In this document: piece after piece, positions 9,884 to 18,741 of the stretch
Layout of the letters: every line of letters begins with the position of its first letter
Position numbering within the stretch: position 1 is the first letter of the stretch
Assembly (NCBI GenBank): GCA_903904735.1
Contig: CAIVDM010000143.1
Location: 15,272-79,271 of the forward strand
From: an uncultured delta proteobacterium
Lineage (GTDB): Bacteria; Bdellovibrionota_C; UBA2361; OMII01
Direction of reading: 5' to 3'
Length of the DNA: 64,000 nucleotides
Made by a program: the position numbers and the translations under genes
Notes under the pieces: generated by a model
What the model saw: only the letters and a program-made list of their open reading frames with translations
Databases searched by the model: none
Told to the model about the DNA's origin: nothing

Positions 9884-10342
9884 TTAATTAGACTTGTTTC
9901 GGCAGCTAACGTAGCGGCGCACCCTCTTGTGAAACTTCGCGGTTTCGGTAGCCCTTACAGACTTCGGTAGGTAAACGCCCTGGGGGAGCCTCGTGTTGAG
10001 CAAACGGCGGAAAGATTCTAACAGCGCTGTCTCTTCCCAATCATCGCGGCTGAGGAGATTCCTGATGTCGCGAAGCGCTCTGGCATTCCGTGAGAGGAAT
10101 GCGTTTCGAAAGGTACCATCAGGCTGCCAGCGGCCCCTTCTCTTGCCAGCAAGCACCTCGAACAATACGGTGCGATGTGTTGAGAGCGCTTGATTGAATA
10201 CTGCTGATGCCTCTGTAAAGCAGTTCTCAACCTGGCTTTGACCCAGCGGGACAAACGTCGCTTGGAGTATCGCCACGAGTAGCGCCATACCAAAGCGACG
10301 ACAAGCCACAATTCGTGAGGACTTAGAACCCATGGCTACCAC
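9884..10342 (-). CDS. Hypothetical secreted protein (about 150 aa)
   Basis: Hydrophobic N-terminus FGMALLVAILQATFVPLGQS. Start uncertain: GTG at 10342 or ATG at 10333. Confidence 0.45.
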   Translation of the reverse strand: MVAMGSKSSRIVACRRFGMALLVAILQATFVPLGQSQVENCFTEASAVFNQALSTHRTVLFEVLAGKRRGRWQPDGTFRNAFLSRNARALRDIRNLLSRDDWEETALLESFRRLLNTRLPQGVYLPKSVRATETAKFHKRVRRYVSCRNKSN

Positions 10343-10448
10343 GGAGACTCAATATTGCGCGCGCACACTCTCTGAAAAGGGACTAGTAACGTACTCTTGT
10401 TGTTTTTGCCATATGTAATTGGAGCCCCACCGATTAGAATCCTTTCTC

Positions 10449-12461
10449 ATGAATCGTAAAGCGCCCGCCTCTAAGACGAAGCCCCAAAGACCTAGCGTGA
10501 GCCCACCGCGTACATCTCCACGAGAGATGTACAGAGCGCTCTTGTATCCACGGTTAGTGGAGGAAAAGATGTTGCTGCTGCTGCGCCAGGGGCGAGTCAG
10601 CAAGTGGTTTTCAGGAATCGGACAAGAAGCAATCTCAGTTGGATGTACCCTCGCCCTTCGACCTGACGAGTACATTCTACCGCTACATCGAAACCTTGGT
10701 GTGTTCACCACGCGAAAGATTCCGCTCTGGAGACTCGTCGCGCAATGGCAGGGAAAGCAATCAGGATTCACGCAAGGAAGGGACCGCTCTTTTCATTTCG
10801 GCACCCAAGACTACAAGATCGTCGGGATGATATCGCATTTGGGTCCGCAATTAGCTGTCGCGGACGGAATCGCCCTCGCGTCAACGCTACGAAAAGATAA
10901 GAGCGTGACGCTGGTGTTCACAGGAGAAGGCGGAACTTCGGAGGGAGATTTTCACGAGGCGCTTAACGTCGCCGCCGTATGGAACCTGCCTGTGATCTTC
11001 GTGATTGAGAATAACGGCTATGCCCTCTCCACTCCCACGTCAGAGCAGTTTCGGTGTGACCGACTCTCGGACCGCGCGGCTGGCTACGGCATGGAGGGGA
11101 TTACGATAGATGGAAACGGTCTCGACGAGGTGTACTCGACAATAAGCAAGCTGGCTGACTCTATCCGAAAGAAGCCCCGACCTGTCCTTGTTGAATGCAT
11201 GACGTTTCGTATGCGTGGTCATGAGGAGGCATCGGGTATCAAGTACGTGCCTAAGCGCTTACTTGAGGAGTGGGCCAAGAAAGATCCAATCGCTCGGTTC
11301 GAGCGACAGCTGATAAGAACGAAGAAGCTCACCAAAAGAGATATCTCCACCGTTCGCGCTGAGCTGGTCGCTTCGATTGATGCGGAGGTGGAGAGAGCGT
11401 TCGCCGAGCCCGATGTTGAGCCATCATCCGAGCGAGAGCTTCGGGAGGTGTATGCCCCCTCTCCTAGCACCCCAGTCGCTGAGAATAACCGGGAATTAAA
11501 ACAGATGCGTCTGATCGACGCGGTTTCCGATGGATTGCGCGAGGGACTGCGCCAACACTCGGATCTCATCTTGATGGGGCAGGACATCGCTGAGTACGGT
11601 GGTGTCTTTAAGGTCACCGAAGGCTTCGCATCTGAGTTCGGGCGCGTTCGAGTTAGAAACACGCCGCTTTGTGAGTCTGCGATACTAGGCGCCGCTCTCG
11701 GTCTCAGTGTCGCTGGCTACCGCTCCGTCGTAGAGATGCAATTCGCGGATTTTGTGTCGAGCGGCTTTACGCAGGTAGTGAACAACCTCGCCAAGAGTCA
11801 CTATCGGTGGGGACAGTCAGCTAACGTCGTGGTGAGAATGCCAACGGGAGCTGGCACCGGAGCGGGCCCCTACCACTCGCAGTCGAATGAGGCGTGGTTC
11901 ACTCACACGCCAGGTCTAAAAGTGGCTTACCCCGCCACGCCCGCTGACGCCAAGGGGCTACTCATGACGGCGCTTGTTGATCCGAACCCCGTCATGTTCT
12001 TTGAGCATAAGCAGCTCTATCGCAGCGTCTCAGGAGAGGTGCCTCTAGGCGCTCATTACATTCCCTTTGGCCAAGCTCGGGTGCATCGAGAAGGCGAGCA
12101 GATGGTGATTATAACCTACGGAGCGGGCGTTCACTGGGCACACAAGGTAGCAGAGGAGCATCCAGAGTGGTCTATAGCTATTCTGGATTTGCGCACGTTA
12201 GTGCCCCTTGATATTGCCTCGATTGAGAGGCTCGTGGTGGCGACAGGCAGAGCGCTCGTGCTTCATGAGGACACTCTTTTTGGTGGGATTGGCGGAGAGA
12301 TCGCCGCGTATATCGGTGAGCACCTCTTCGAATATCTCGATGCCCCCGTGAGCCGGGTGGCTAGTCTGGACACACCTGTCCCCTTCGCGGCCTCTCTTGA
12401 GGGGCAGTTTTTGCCACGCACTCGACTCGAGGAATCGATTTCGCGTCTTCTCGCTTATTGA
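10449..12461 (+). CDS. TPP-dependent 2-oxoacid dehydrogenase E1 component, fused alpha and beta subunits
   Basis: The alpha-like N-terminal half contains GEGGTSEGDFHEALNVAAVWNLPVIFVIENNGYA (TPP motif region). The beta-like half contains RVRNTPLCESAILGAALGLS and IEMQFADF-type blocks. The track ORF begins at TTG 10419; the first ATG is at 10449. Confidence 0.9.
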   Translation: MNRKAPASKTKPQRPSVSPPRTSPREMYRALLYPRLVEEKMLLLLRQGRVSKWFSGIGQEAISVGCTLALRPDEYILPLHRNLGVFTTRKIPLWRLVAQWQGKQSGFTQGRDRSFHFGTQDYKIVGMISHLGPQLAVADGIALASTLRKDKSVTLVFTGEGGTSEGDFHEALNVAAVWNLPVIFVIENNGYALSTPTSEQFRCDRLSDRAAGYGMEGITIDGNGLDEVYSTISKLADSIRKKPRPVLVECMTFRMRGHEEASGIKYVPKRLLEEWAKKDPIARFERQLIRTKKLTKRDISTVRAELVASIDAEVERAFAEPDVEPSSERELREVYAPSPSTPVAENNRELKQMRLIDAVSDGLREGLRQHSDLILMGQDIAEYGGVFKVTEGFASEFGRVRVRNTPLCESAILGAALGLSVAGYRSVVEMQFADFVSSGFTQVVNNLAKSHYRWGQSANVVVRMPTGAGTGAGPYHSQSNEAWFTHTPGLKVAYPATPADAKGLLMTALVDPNPVMFFEHKQLYRSVSGEVPLGAHYIPFGQARVHREGEQMVIITYGAGVHWAHKVAEEHPEWSIAILDLRTLVPLDIASIERLVVATGRALVLHEDTLFGGIGGEIAAYIGEHLFEYLDAPVSRVASLDTPVPFAASLEGQFLPRTRLEESISRLLAY

Positions 12462-12621
12462 CGGTACGTCGCTCATTCAAAGACGGAACGCCGCACCTAT
12501 GGAGGCTCAAAGCCACCTGATTTAGCCCTGACCAAAAGGTAACGCCGAGGAGTAGAGTAGCGAGCGCGAAGTTGTTAGTATATCCGCCTGGAGAGCGGGA
12601 GGACGGAAAGGTGATGTATGA

Positions 12622-13593
12622 ATGAGCGATAGTAAGTTCTTTGACGGGCTTCCCAGCTTCTTTTCTGGAGCTCCGTCGTTTTCGACCTCAGAGCAGCGGC
12701 TTTTTTTTCCGGCAGCTCCCCGCGTAGACCATTTTCCTGTGTCCTTGCCTTACCCCATCTCGAAGGGGACTAGCTTCTTCCATCCTAGCGCCGAGTGGTT
12801 GATGTCAATCGACTTGAAGCGACAGGTGTCACTCGTAAGTCTTCGGGATATGTTTCGAAGTGAGCCTCTTCGAGCCCACGTGATATTTGAGCAGTGCTTT
12901 GAGTTGTACGAACAGAGCTTCCCGGACCCGAATGAAATCTCGTCTGCTCACGAGATAGTGGCCGCGATTCGGGAGGAGTCGACGCACTTCGATGTAGTTG
13001 CGTTGATAGAGGGCGGTCGTGTACTCGGGGCGCGTCACCTCATCTTGCTCGACATTGGAGTCCCTGAGCTCGGGCCTTTTGTCGTGGGAGAACACATGTA
13101 TGTTGACCGGAGCGAGCGAAGACGCGGAATCGGGAAAACGCTCGTTTCCCGCACGGAGGACTTAATGCGCTCGTGGGGAGTGCGGGTGGCTATCTCTGAG
13201 CAAAACGATCCAGACGCGATGAGTCCAGAACTTCTTGCGCTCGATGAGTCGTCAGGCATCACAGCGGCTCAAAGGCGAAAGTTTTGGAAGAGTCAAGGTT
13301 ATGAGGGAATAGATGCGCCGTACGTCATGCCGCCCATCTCAGAGGATAAGGAGCCTGTTTATCATCTGCGCATTGCGATCCGACGCCTCGATCCGTCGTT
13401 TCCGGATAGCATTTCAACAGAAGCCTTTGTTGGCATGCTGCGGGCGTACCATTCTAGTTGGGTTGACCATGCAGACTCGAACCCTTACACGGTTGCGCTT
13501 TACGAGCGGCTACTACGGGAGCACCCCGAGGGGGTTCGTATTGTGGACTTGGAGTCACGGAGAGTCTGCTTGCGGCAAGACGATTTCGTATAG
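12622..13593 (+). CDS. GNAT-family N-acetyltransferase with an uncharacterised N-terminal extension
   Basis: Acetyl-CoA motif A RRRGIGKTLV. Start uncertain; an alternative ATG lies at 12802. Confidence 0.65.
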   Translation: MSDSKFFDGLPSFFSGAPSFSTSEQRLFFPAAPRVDHFPVSLPYPISKGTSFFHPSAEWLMSIDLKRQVSLVSLRDMFRSEPLRAHVIFEQCFELYEQSFPDPNEISSAHEIVAAIREESTHFDVVALIEGGRVLGARHLILLDIGVPELGPFVVGEHMYVDRSERRRGIGKTLVSRTEDLMRSWGVRVAISEQNDPDAMSPELLALDESSGITAAQRRKFWKSQGYEGIDAPYVMPPISEDKEPVYHLRIAIRRLDPSFPDSISTEAFVGMLRAYHSSWVDHADSNPYTVALYERLLREHPEGVRIVDLESRRVCLRQDDFV

Positions 13594-13630
13594 CTCTTAA
13601 TGTCCGCTGCGCCGTGGCCCTATTACGCTG

Positions 13631-14377
13631 CTATCGTAGAAACAGGAGCGTAACGACCGCACGCCCCCCCCATCCTTCAGGTCCTCCTGATGGCGACTCT
13701 ACCCAGTAGCGCGGTCCGATACCGATCTGCATTGGTTGAGTTCCGATCCTAAACAGCTGATTTACGATGAGGTTGATCGGAACTGACCAGTATCTATCGT
13801 CCCAGTTATAGGTCGATTCGCTCTTAAGAGTAATGGTTGTCTTAGTCGCCGTTATATAACTCATAAATGGCTGCATGAACGTCCCATTTACATCGCTCCT
13901 CGCGTCGTCCCCAGCGATAGACCAGATATGGTTAGCAAGACCACCAAATGTCCATGCGCCACGTTGATGGAGCGCAACGCCCGTCGGCCCCAAGCCCCAC
14001 TTCTCAGATCCTAGGTCGCTCTCGGTTGCGGTTGGGAGCAGCAGGGCTGGCACCGATCCCAAGATCCATCCACGCGTTGTCGGCTCTTTAGGCGAGAAGA
14101 AGAAGCTTTGAAGCGTATCGCCGAGCCCTCCAAAATCGGCACCACGAGAGCCCTCAGAGTGTGCCACGACGGGAAGTATCGTTCGTGAGATTACGTTGTA
14201 TGTGTCACTGTTCGAAAACGGTATGACGGGCTGAACATTGATTAGATGCTTCGACCCATCATCACCTACGCCGAACTTATCGTCATAGTTATATTGAAGT
14301 GGCACGCTTATAAGCGAGGCTAAAAGCTTAGCAAGCTGCTGGGCGAGCTTTGCGTCACCATCGGCGCGACTCACCAT
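13631..14377 (-). CDS. Outer-membrane beta-barrel family protein lacking a signal peptide; possibly a 5'-truncated ORF
   Basis: The blocks LISVPLQYNYD, INVQPVIPF, KWGLGPTGVAL, NHIWSIAGDDARSDVN and SVPINL match, from memory, a conserved proteobacterial OM 'transporter' family. That family normally starts with a signal peptide. Here an in-frame TAA lies 8 codons upstream of the ATG. Confidence 0.5.
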   Translation of the reverse strand: MVSRADGDAKLAQQLAKLLASLISVPLQYNYDDKFGVGDDGSKHLINVQPVIPFSNSDTYNVISRTILPVVAHSEGSRGADFGGLGDTLQSFFFSPKEPTTRGWILGSVPALLLPTATESDLGSEKWGLGPTGVALHQRGAWTFGGLANHIWSIAGDDARSDVNGTFMQPFMSYITATKTTITLKSESTYNWDDRYWSVPINLIVNQLFRIGTQPMQIGIGPRYWVESPSGGPEGWGGRAVVTLLFLR

Positions 14378-14522
14378 CGTAAGTGCTCCGTTCTCGTGTT
14401 ATTGACCCGAACGTTCATCTCTGTTCAGGAAGCTGGTCTCTTTCTATTGATTAGGCTCATAGCAAGATCATCGGAAGCGCAACAGAGCTATTATTCAGAC
14501 GCACCTCGTAGTCGATCGGCGT

Positions 14523-15737
14523 ATGGAGAAGCGGTGCCCCAGACTAGATCCTAAGCCCTCTGTGGCCCACGTTGCAAATAAGAGATGCGGCTGCATAACG
14601 GGTATACCGCAACGACGACCGGAGATTTATACTCCGCGTATGTCTCGTGACGTCATAATCCATGATTCCGCGGATTCTCACCGAGTCTGGCTTCGCGTGT
14701 CAGCGTTCCTATCGCTGAAGTCACCAGCCACGCGCGTCACATACACGGGGATACTTCACGAGTGGTGCAGGTTCCTCGGCGCTGAGGCCGGCACCAGCGC
14801 GGGCGCGGCGAAGATGCTCGCGGCGACTGATCTGCACGCGATCGCGTTTAGAAAGTTTCTAGAGTCGAAGCCAGGCGAAAAACCTCGGTTCCAGTCATCT
14901 TCGACGCCGCGCTCAGGGTCTCGAGAGTTGGCGATGAATCAAAGCTCGGGTCGCGGAAAGAAGAAAGATGGTCTCGAGTCCACACAATCGAACGCCACGA
15001 TCCATAAGAAGTTCGCCGCCCTGAGGCGAATGTATCGAATGTTAATCGCCAGCAACTGCGGAATCGCTGAGAACCCTTTTGAGGCGGATAAAGTGCCCCC
15101 TCCTCCCAAAGACGCTGGACGCAAACGCCCGACCCAGATGATAGATTTCGATCTGGTCATGGAGATAATCTCGCTTCCCGATCTCAGCACCCCAAAGGGA
15201 CGACGCGATCGGGCGATCTTAGCGCTCTTGTTTGGAGCAGGTCTGCGCCGCAGTGAGGTCGTCACTCTTCGACTGGGTGATGTGCGGAGGACCTCTAGTG
15301 GTACAACGTATCTCTACCTGCGACACACCAAAGCGAAACGCGACGCCGAGCAGGCTATACCCGATTGGGCGGCGGAGTCGCTCAAAGCCCTTATCGACGA
15401 TCGACGGGAGCAGAAAGCCTCTGATGGTGATTACTTGTTTGTTGGTTTCACTGGGCGCGCGGGCAAGAGCGTCACCGATAGGCCGATGTCGGATACAGGT
15501 TTATATCTGCTGTTTAAACAGTACTGCATGGCGGCAGGCGCTGGAATGTACGTGACGCCTCATTCGGCGCGCGCGACGGCGATTACCAAGCTTCTCTCTG
15601 ATGGAGTTCCCCACCGAGTCGTGCAGGAGTTCTCGCGACACGCGAGTATTCAAATGGTTGAGTGGTACGACAAGCGCCGCTTTGACGTTGAGCAAAGCCC
15701 CGCGAAGGGTCTGGTGTACGGAAAGAAGAAACCTTAG
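14523..15737 (+). CDS. Tyrosine recombinase / phage-type integrase family protein
   Basis: Catalytic blocks ALLFGAGLRRSEV (Arg), HSARATAIT (H-x-x-R) and RHASIQMVEWY (His/Tyr). An alternative start lies at ATG 14640. Confidence 0.85.
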   Translation: MEKRCPRLDPKPSVAHVANKRCGCITGIPQRRPEIYTPRMSRDVIIHDSADSHRVWLRVSAFLSLKSPATRVTYTGILHEWCRFLGAEAGTSAGAAKMLAATDLHAIAFRKFLESKPGEKPRFQSSSTPRSGSRELAMNQSSGRGKKKDGLESTQSNATIHKKFAALRRMYRMLIASNCGIAENPFEADKVPPPPKDAGRKRPTQMIDFDLVMEIISLPDLSTPKGRRDRAILALLFGAGLRRSEVVTLRLGDVRRTSSGTTYLYLRHTKAKRDAEQAIPDWAAESLKALIDDRREQKASDGDYLFVGFTGRAGKSVTDRPMSDTGLYLLFKQYCMAAGAGMYVTPHSARATAITKLLSDGVPHRVVQEFSRHASIQMVEWYDKRRFDVEQSPAKGLVYGKKKP

Positions 15738-15750
15738 TCCTGTTCGGCCC

Positions 15751-15785
15751 GACAGAGGGTCCCCCATCACTTGGGGGACCCTGTC
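15751..15785. terminator. Strong hairpin between the convergent integrase and helicase genes
   Basis: GACAGAGGGTCCCCCA / TGGGGGACCCTGTC form 14 bp with a 2-nt bulge and a 5-nt loop. There is no flanking U-tract. Confidence 0.5.
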
Positions 15786-15801
15786 GCGCCGAGCGTCTCA
15801 C

Positions 15802-17691
15802 TTATGACCGGCTGGGACGTCGCTGTGGTCCGCGGTTAGTCGGACGTCGAGGTCCGCCTGAGCGTGAAGGTCTCCCACGATTGCCGCCTCTCGCCTCCGG
15901 GTCTGAACGGTCGATGAAGTGAGGTGGCGGCTCTGGCCGATACACGTAGTTGGCGTTCGTGTCGATATCGCGTTGTCCACGGAACTCCCGATTTGACCGG
16001 TCTCCGCCATTCTGCGGTGTACGACCAAAGGGGCGCTGACCCTGCCCTCCTCGAAAGCCACTCGACTCACGCCGATCGGTACGCTCAGGAGCGCGACCGT
16101 TAGATGACTCCTCACGACGGGGCGAAGCTGCGTGCGTAAAGGGCCTTTCACGACGACTATCATTCGATCGCCCACGGTCATCAGATCGTGAGTCCCTTGG
16201 TCCTCTAGCCCTGAAATCACCGCCTCTCTCTGGGGATCTCTCAGAACGACCACGAGGGGCCTGTGAGCCGCGCCACTCTCCCTGCCCGCGTCCGCGTGGC
16301 GCTGAATCCGAGCGATCGCGGAAATCTGAGCGTCTCGACTCAGGGCGTCCCTCTGGACGAGCTCGTCGCTCTCGTTGTGGCTCCGAGCGTGGTGACTCAT
16401 CTGATCTCACGTCGCGTGCGCTTTGTGACGACTGGGTGCGCTCCATTCTTCCCGGTCTACGCGCGCTGCGTTCTCTCTTTTGTCCTCGAGTATCCGGACG
16501 GCGACGTTGGCTCGGAGCCTCATCACTCATATCGGAAGAGTCTGTTGAATCGGCATTAAGTTGCACGATTGGACCCTTAAGCCAGTTCTCGATCGAACGT
16601 AGCATTCCTCTTTCGGAGCGAGTCACAAACGAGATCGCGTCTCCTGTTCGGGAGGCACGTCCCGCACGACCGGTCCGATGGATATAGGCTTCAAGAGTGT
16701 CCGGCATATCGTAATTGATTACGTGGGAGATGCCGTCTACATCGATACCACGAGACGCGATATCAGTCGCTATAAGCACTCGGTACTCTCCACGCTTAAA
16801 GCCGTTGAGCGCGCGTTGGCGTTGTGCCTGAGACAGATTCCCTTGGAGAGACGTGGCTGGAATACCATCTTTCTCCAATCTTTCGCCGAGGCGTTTGGCC
16901 ATATGCTTCATCTGCGTGAAAACGACCACTACTGATTCACTGTTAGCGCGAAGCCACGTTCTCAGGGTGTCTACTTTGTCCTCTTGCTTGACGGAGTACA
17001 TCGAGTGAGTGACCAAGGCCACTGGGAGTTCGCTCTTTACCTGAATAACCTTTGGGTTCTTCAAGATAGCGCCGGAAAGCTGCTTAATCTCGTCAGGCAT
17101 GGTCGCCGAGAAAAGCATGGTCTGTCGCTCGGTTGGGATCGACCGAATGATCTCCTTGATGTTCGGCAAGAATCCCATGTCGAGCATCCGATCCGCCTCA
17201 TCGAGCACCAGAAATTCGATGCCAGAGAGGTCCACGGTATCCCCATGAATGTGATCCATGAGTCGCCCTGGGCACGCGACAATAATGCTCGGATTCGCGC
17301 GAAGCTGTGTTATCTGGTTCCGATGAGAAACGCCTCCATAGACGGTGACACTTCTAATCCCCGTCCTCGGAGAGAGCGCTTTGATAGAATCGTTGATCTG
17401 CTCAGCGAGCTCTCGGGTGGGCGCCAAGATGAGCGCTCGAGTTACGCGTTCCTTTCGTCCACTCAACTTCTCAAGGAGTGGAAGGACAAAAGCAGCCGTC
17501 TTTCCCGTACCTGTTTGAGCTAGCGCGATGAGGTCGTCTCCAGCTAACACTGCTGGAATCGCCTGGCTCTGAATAGGCGTGGGTTTCTCATAGCCAAGTT
17601 CTCGGCAGGTCTCCTTTAAGAAACTGGCGAGCGGGAGGTCATTAAATGACGGAATGGATGCTGCTTCAGCAGCGACAGTTGTTGCATTCAT
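15802..17691 (-). CDS. DEAD-box ATP-dependent RNA helicase (RhlE-like) with a long Arg/Ser/Asp/Gly-rich C-terminal tail
   Basis: AQTGTGKT, PTRELA, DEAD, SAT, HRTGRAGR. The last 250 aa or so are low complexity (RGRSERSPERGGDFRARGPRDSRSDDRGR...). Confidence 0.95.
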   Translation of the reverse strand: MNATTVAAEAASIPSFNDLPLASFLKETCRELGYEKPTPIQSQAIPAVLAGDDLIALAQTGTGKTAAFVLPLLEKLSGRKERVTRALILAPTRELAEQINDSIKALSPRTGIRSVTVYGGVSHRNQITQLRANPSIIVACPGRLMDHIHGDTVDLSGIEFLVLDEADRMLDMGFLPNIKEIIRSIPTERQTMLFSATMPDEIKQLSGAILKNPKVIQVKSELPVALVTHSMYSVKQEDKVDTLRTWLRANSESVVVVFTQMKHMAKRLGERLEKDGIPATSLQGNLSQAQRQRALNGFKRGEYRVLIATDIASRGIDVDGISHVINYDMPDTLEAYIHRTGRAGRASRTGDAISFVTRSERGMLRSIENWLKGPIVQLNADSTDSSDMSDEAPSQRRRPDTRGQKRERSARRPGRMERTQSSQSARDVRSDESPRSEPQRERRARPEGRPESRRSDFRDRSDSAPRGRGQGEWRGSQAPRGRSERSPERGGDFRARGPRDSRSDDRGRSNDSRRERPFTHAASPRREESSNGRAPERTDRRESSGFRGGQGQRPFGRTPQNGGDRSNREFRGQRDIDTNANYVYRPEPPPHFIDRSDPEARGGNRGRPSRSGGPRRPTNRGPQRRPSRS

Positions 17692-18082
17692 GCGATATTT
17701 TCTCTTTCTTGTTTAGTGCGCGAAGGCGGTGCTGCCGGAGCGACGCAGCTTCGCATAAATCAACCGATGAACCATCGGGTGGGCGGTAGTAAAGCAGCAA
17801 TTCCGATAGGGCGTCCGGCGGAGCAATATAGGGTGACCCGATGGTCTTTGCGCGATCACGCCGCGCTCAGGTGGGCCTGTGTAACTTCACTAATCGGGAG
17901 ATACTATCACTTGTGAGATGGTTAAGATAGCGATTCAAGGCTTTGTAACATGCTGTAAATATGTCACTAGTTCGGCATTTTCGCGAAAAAATGAGGGGTG
18001 TGTCTTGGAGAATCGATGAGCTCGAAAAACCAAGGCTGGCTAGGGAACGCCATTACACACCCCGTCGGGACTGCTCGTTACT

Positions 18083-18580
18083 CTATGTGCACCTCGCTAG
18101 ATCCGAAGTGCACATAGGCAGTTCACAATCGCACGCTAGCAAGCAATCTTGGAGCTTCTTGTGCACCGTTGGGAGATGTTTGGCCAAGGGCTCACACCTC
18201 TCGCAGATGCAATGAGCCCACCAGACAACTCTCATTTCCGCCGGAGCTTTCTTGCTACGGCGGCTTCGATCTATCGCCTCAACGATGAGATCGACGACCG
18301 TTAACGCCTGTTCAGTGGCGTCAACAGAGATAAGCGCCCCCAACAGAGAGCACACCTCCACCACCGATGGTGAAGGAAGTGTCTCCAGCCAGTCAACGAG
18401 TAGAAGCTCGAAGTCAGCGGATGATAATCGGTGATACGGAGCGAGCAAGCGAGCCGCGAGACGCGATCGCTGCTCTGGTCGCCGCAAGTGCGCCAATGAC
18501 GGAGCGTCACCGATGGAACGCTCATGCAGACATGCCAGCCGACCCCGTAGCCCTTCAACAGAAACGGCTTTAGTAGCCAT
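18083..18580 (-). CDS. Hypothetical protein with a Cys-rich C-terminus
   Basis: AAAGGAGG lies 5 nt upstream of the ATG at 18580. The C-terminus reads HCICERCEPLAKHLPTVHKKLQDCLLACDCELPMC. Confidence 0.6.
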   Translation of the reverse strand: MATKAVSVEGLRGRLACLHERSIGDAPSLAHLRRPEQRSRLAARLLAPYHRLSSADFELLLVDWLETLPSPSVVEVCSLLGALISVDATEQALTVVDLIVEAIDRSRRSKKAPAEMRVVWWAHCICERCEPLAKHLPTVHKKLQDCLLACDCELPMCTSDLARCT

Positions 18581-18741
18581 GGGACCTCCTTTCGGACAAA
18601 AAACCTTCCTCTCAAGACACTACCCATATAGTCGCCCCAAAGGAGCCAAAGGACTTTGAGAGTAGCCGAAAGCCCTCATACCCTGGAAGAGGCTCTATGC
18701 AATAATCGTTCGGTGCGAACAGATTCAGACAGGCGAGGGAG

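Noticed and set aside
10349-10771. 140-aa minus-strand ORF across the start of the E1 alpha-beta gene
   Set aside because: It overlaps the conserved E1 N-terminal coding region on the opposite strand and has no signal or motif.
15798-16400. 200-aa minus-strand ORF overlapping the 3' part of the DEAD-box helicase gene
   Set aside because: It lies in an alternative frame of the low-complexity Arg/Ser/Gly-rich tail region. It has no RBS or motif, and the helicase frame is continuous with the conserved core.
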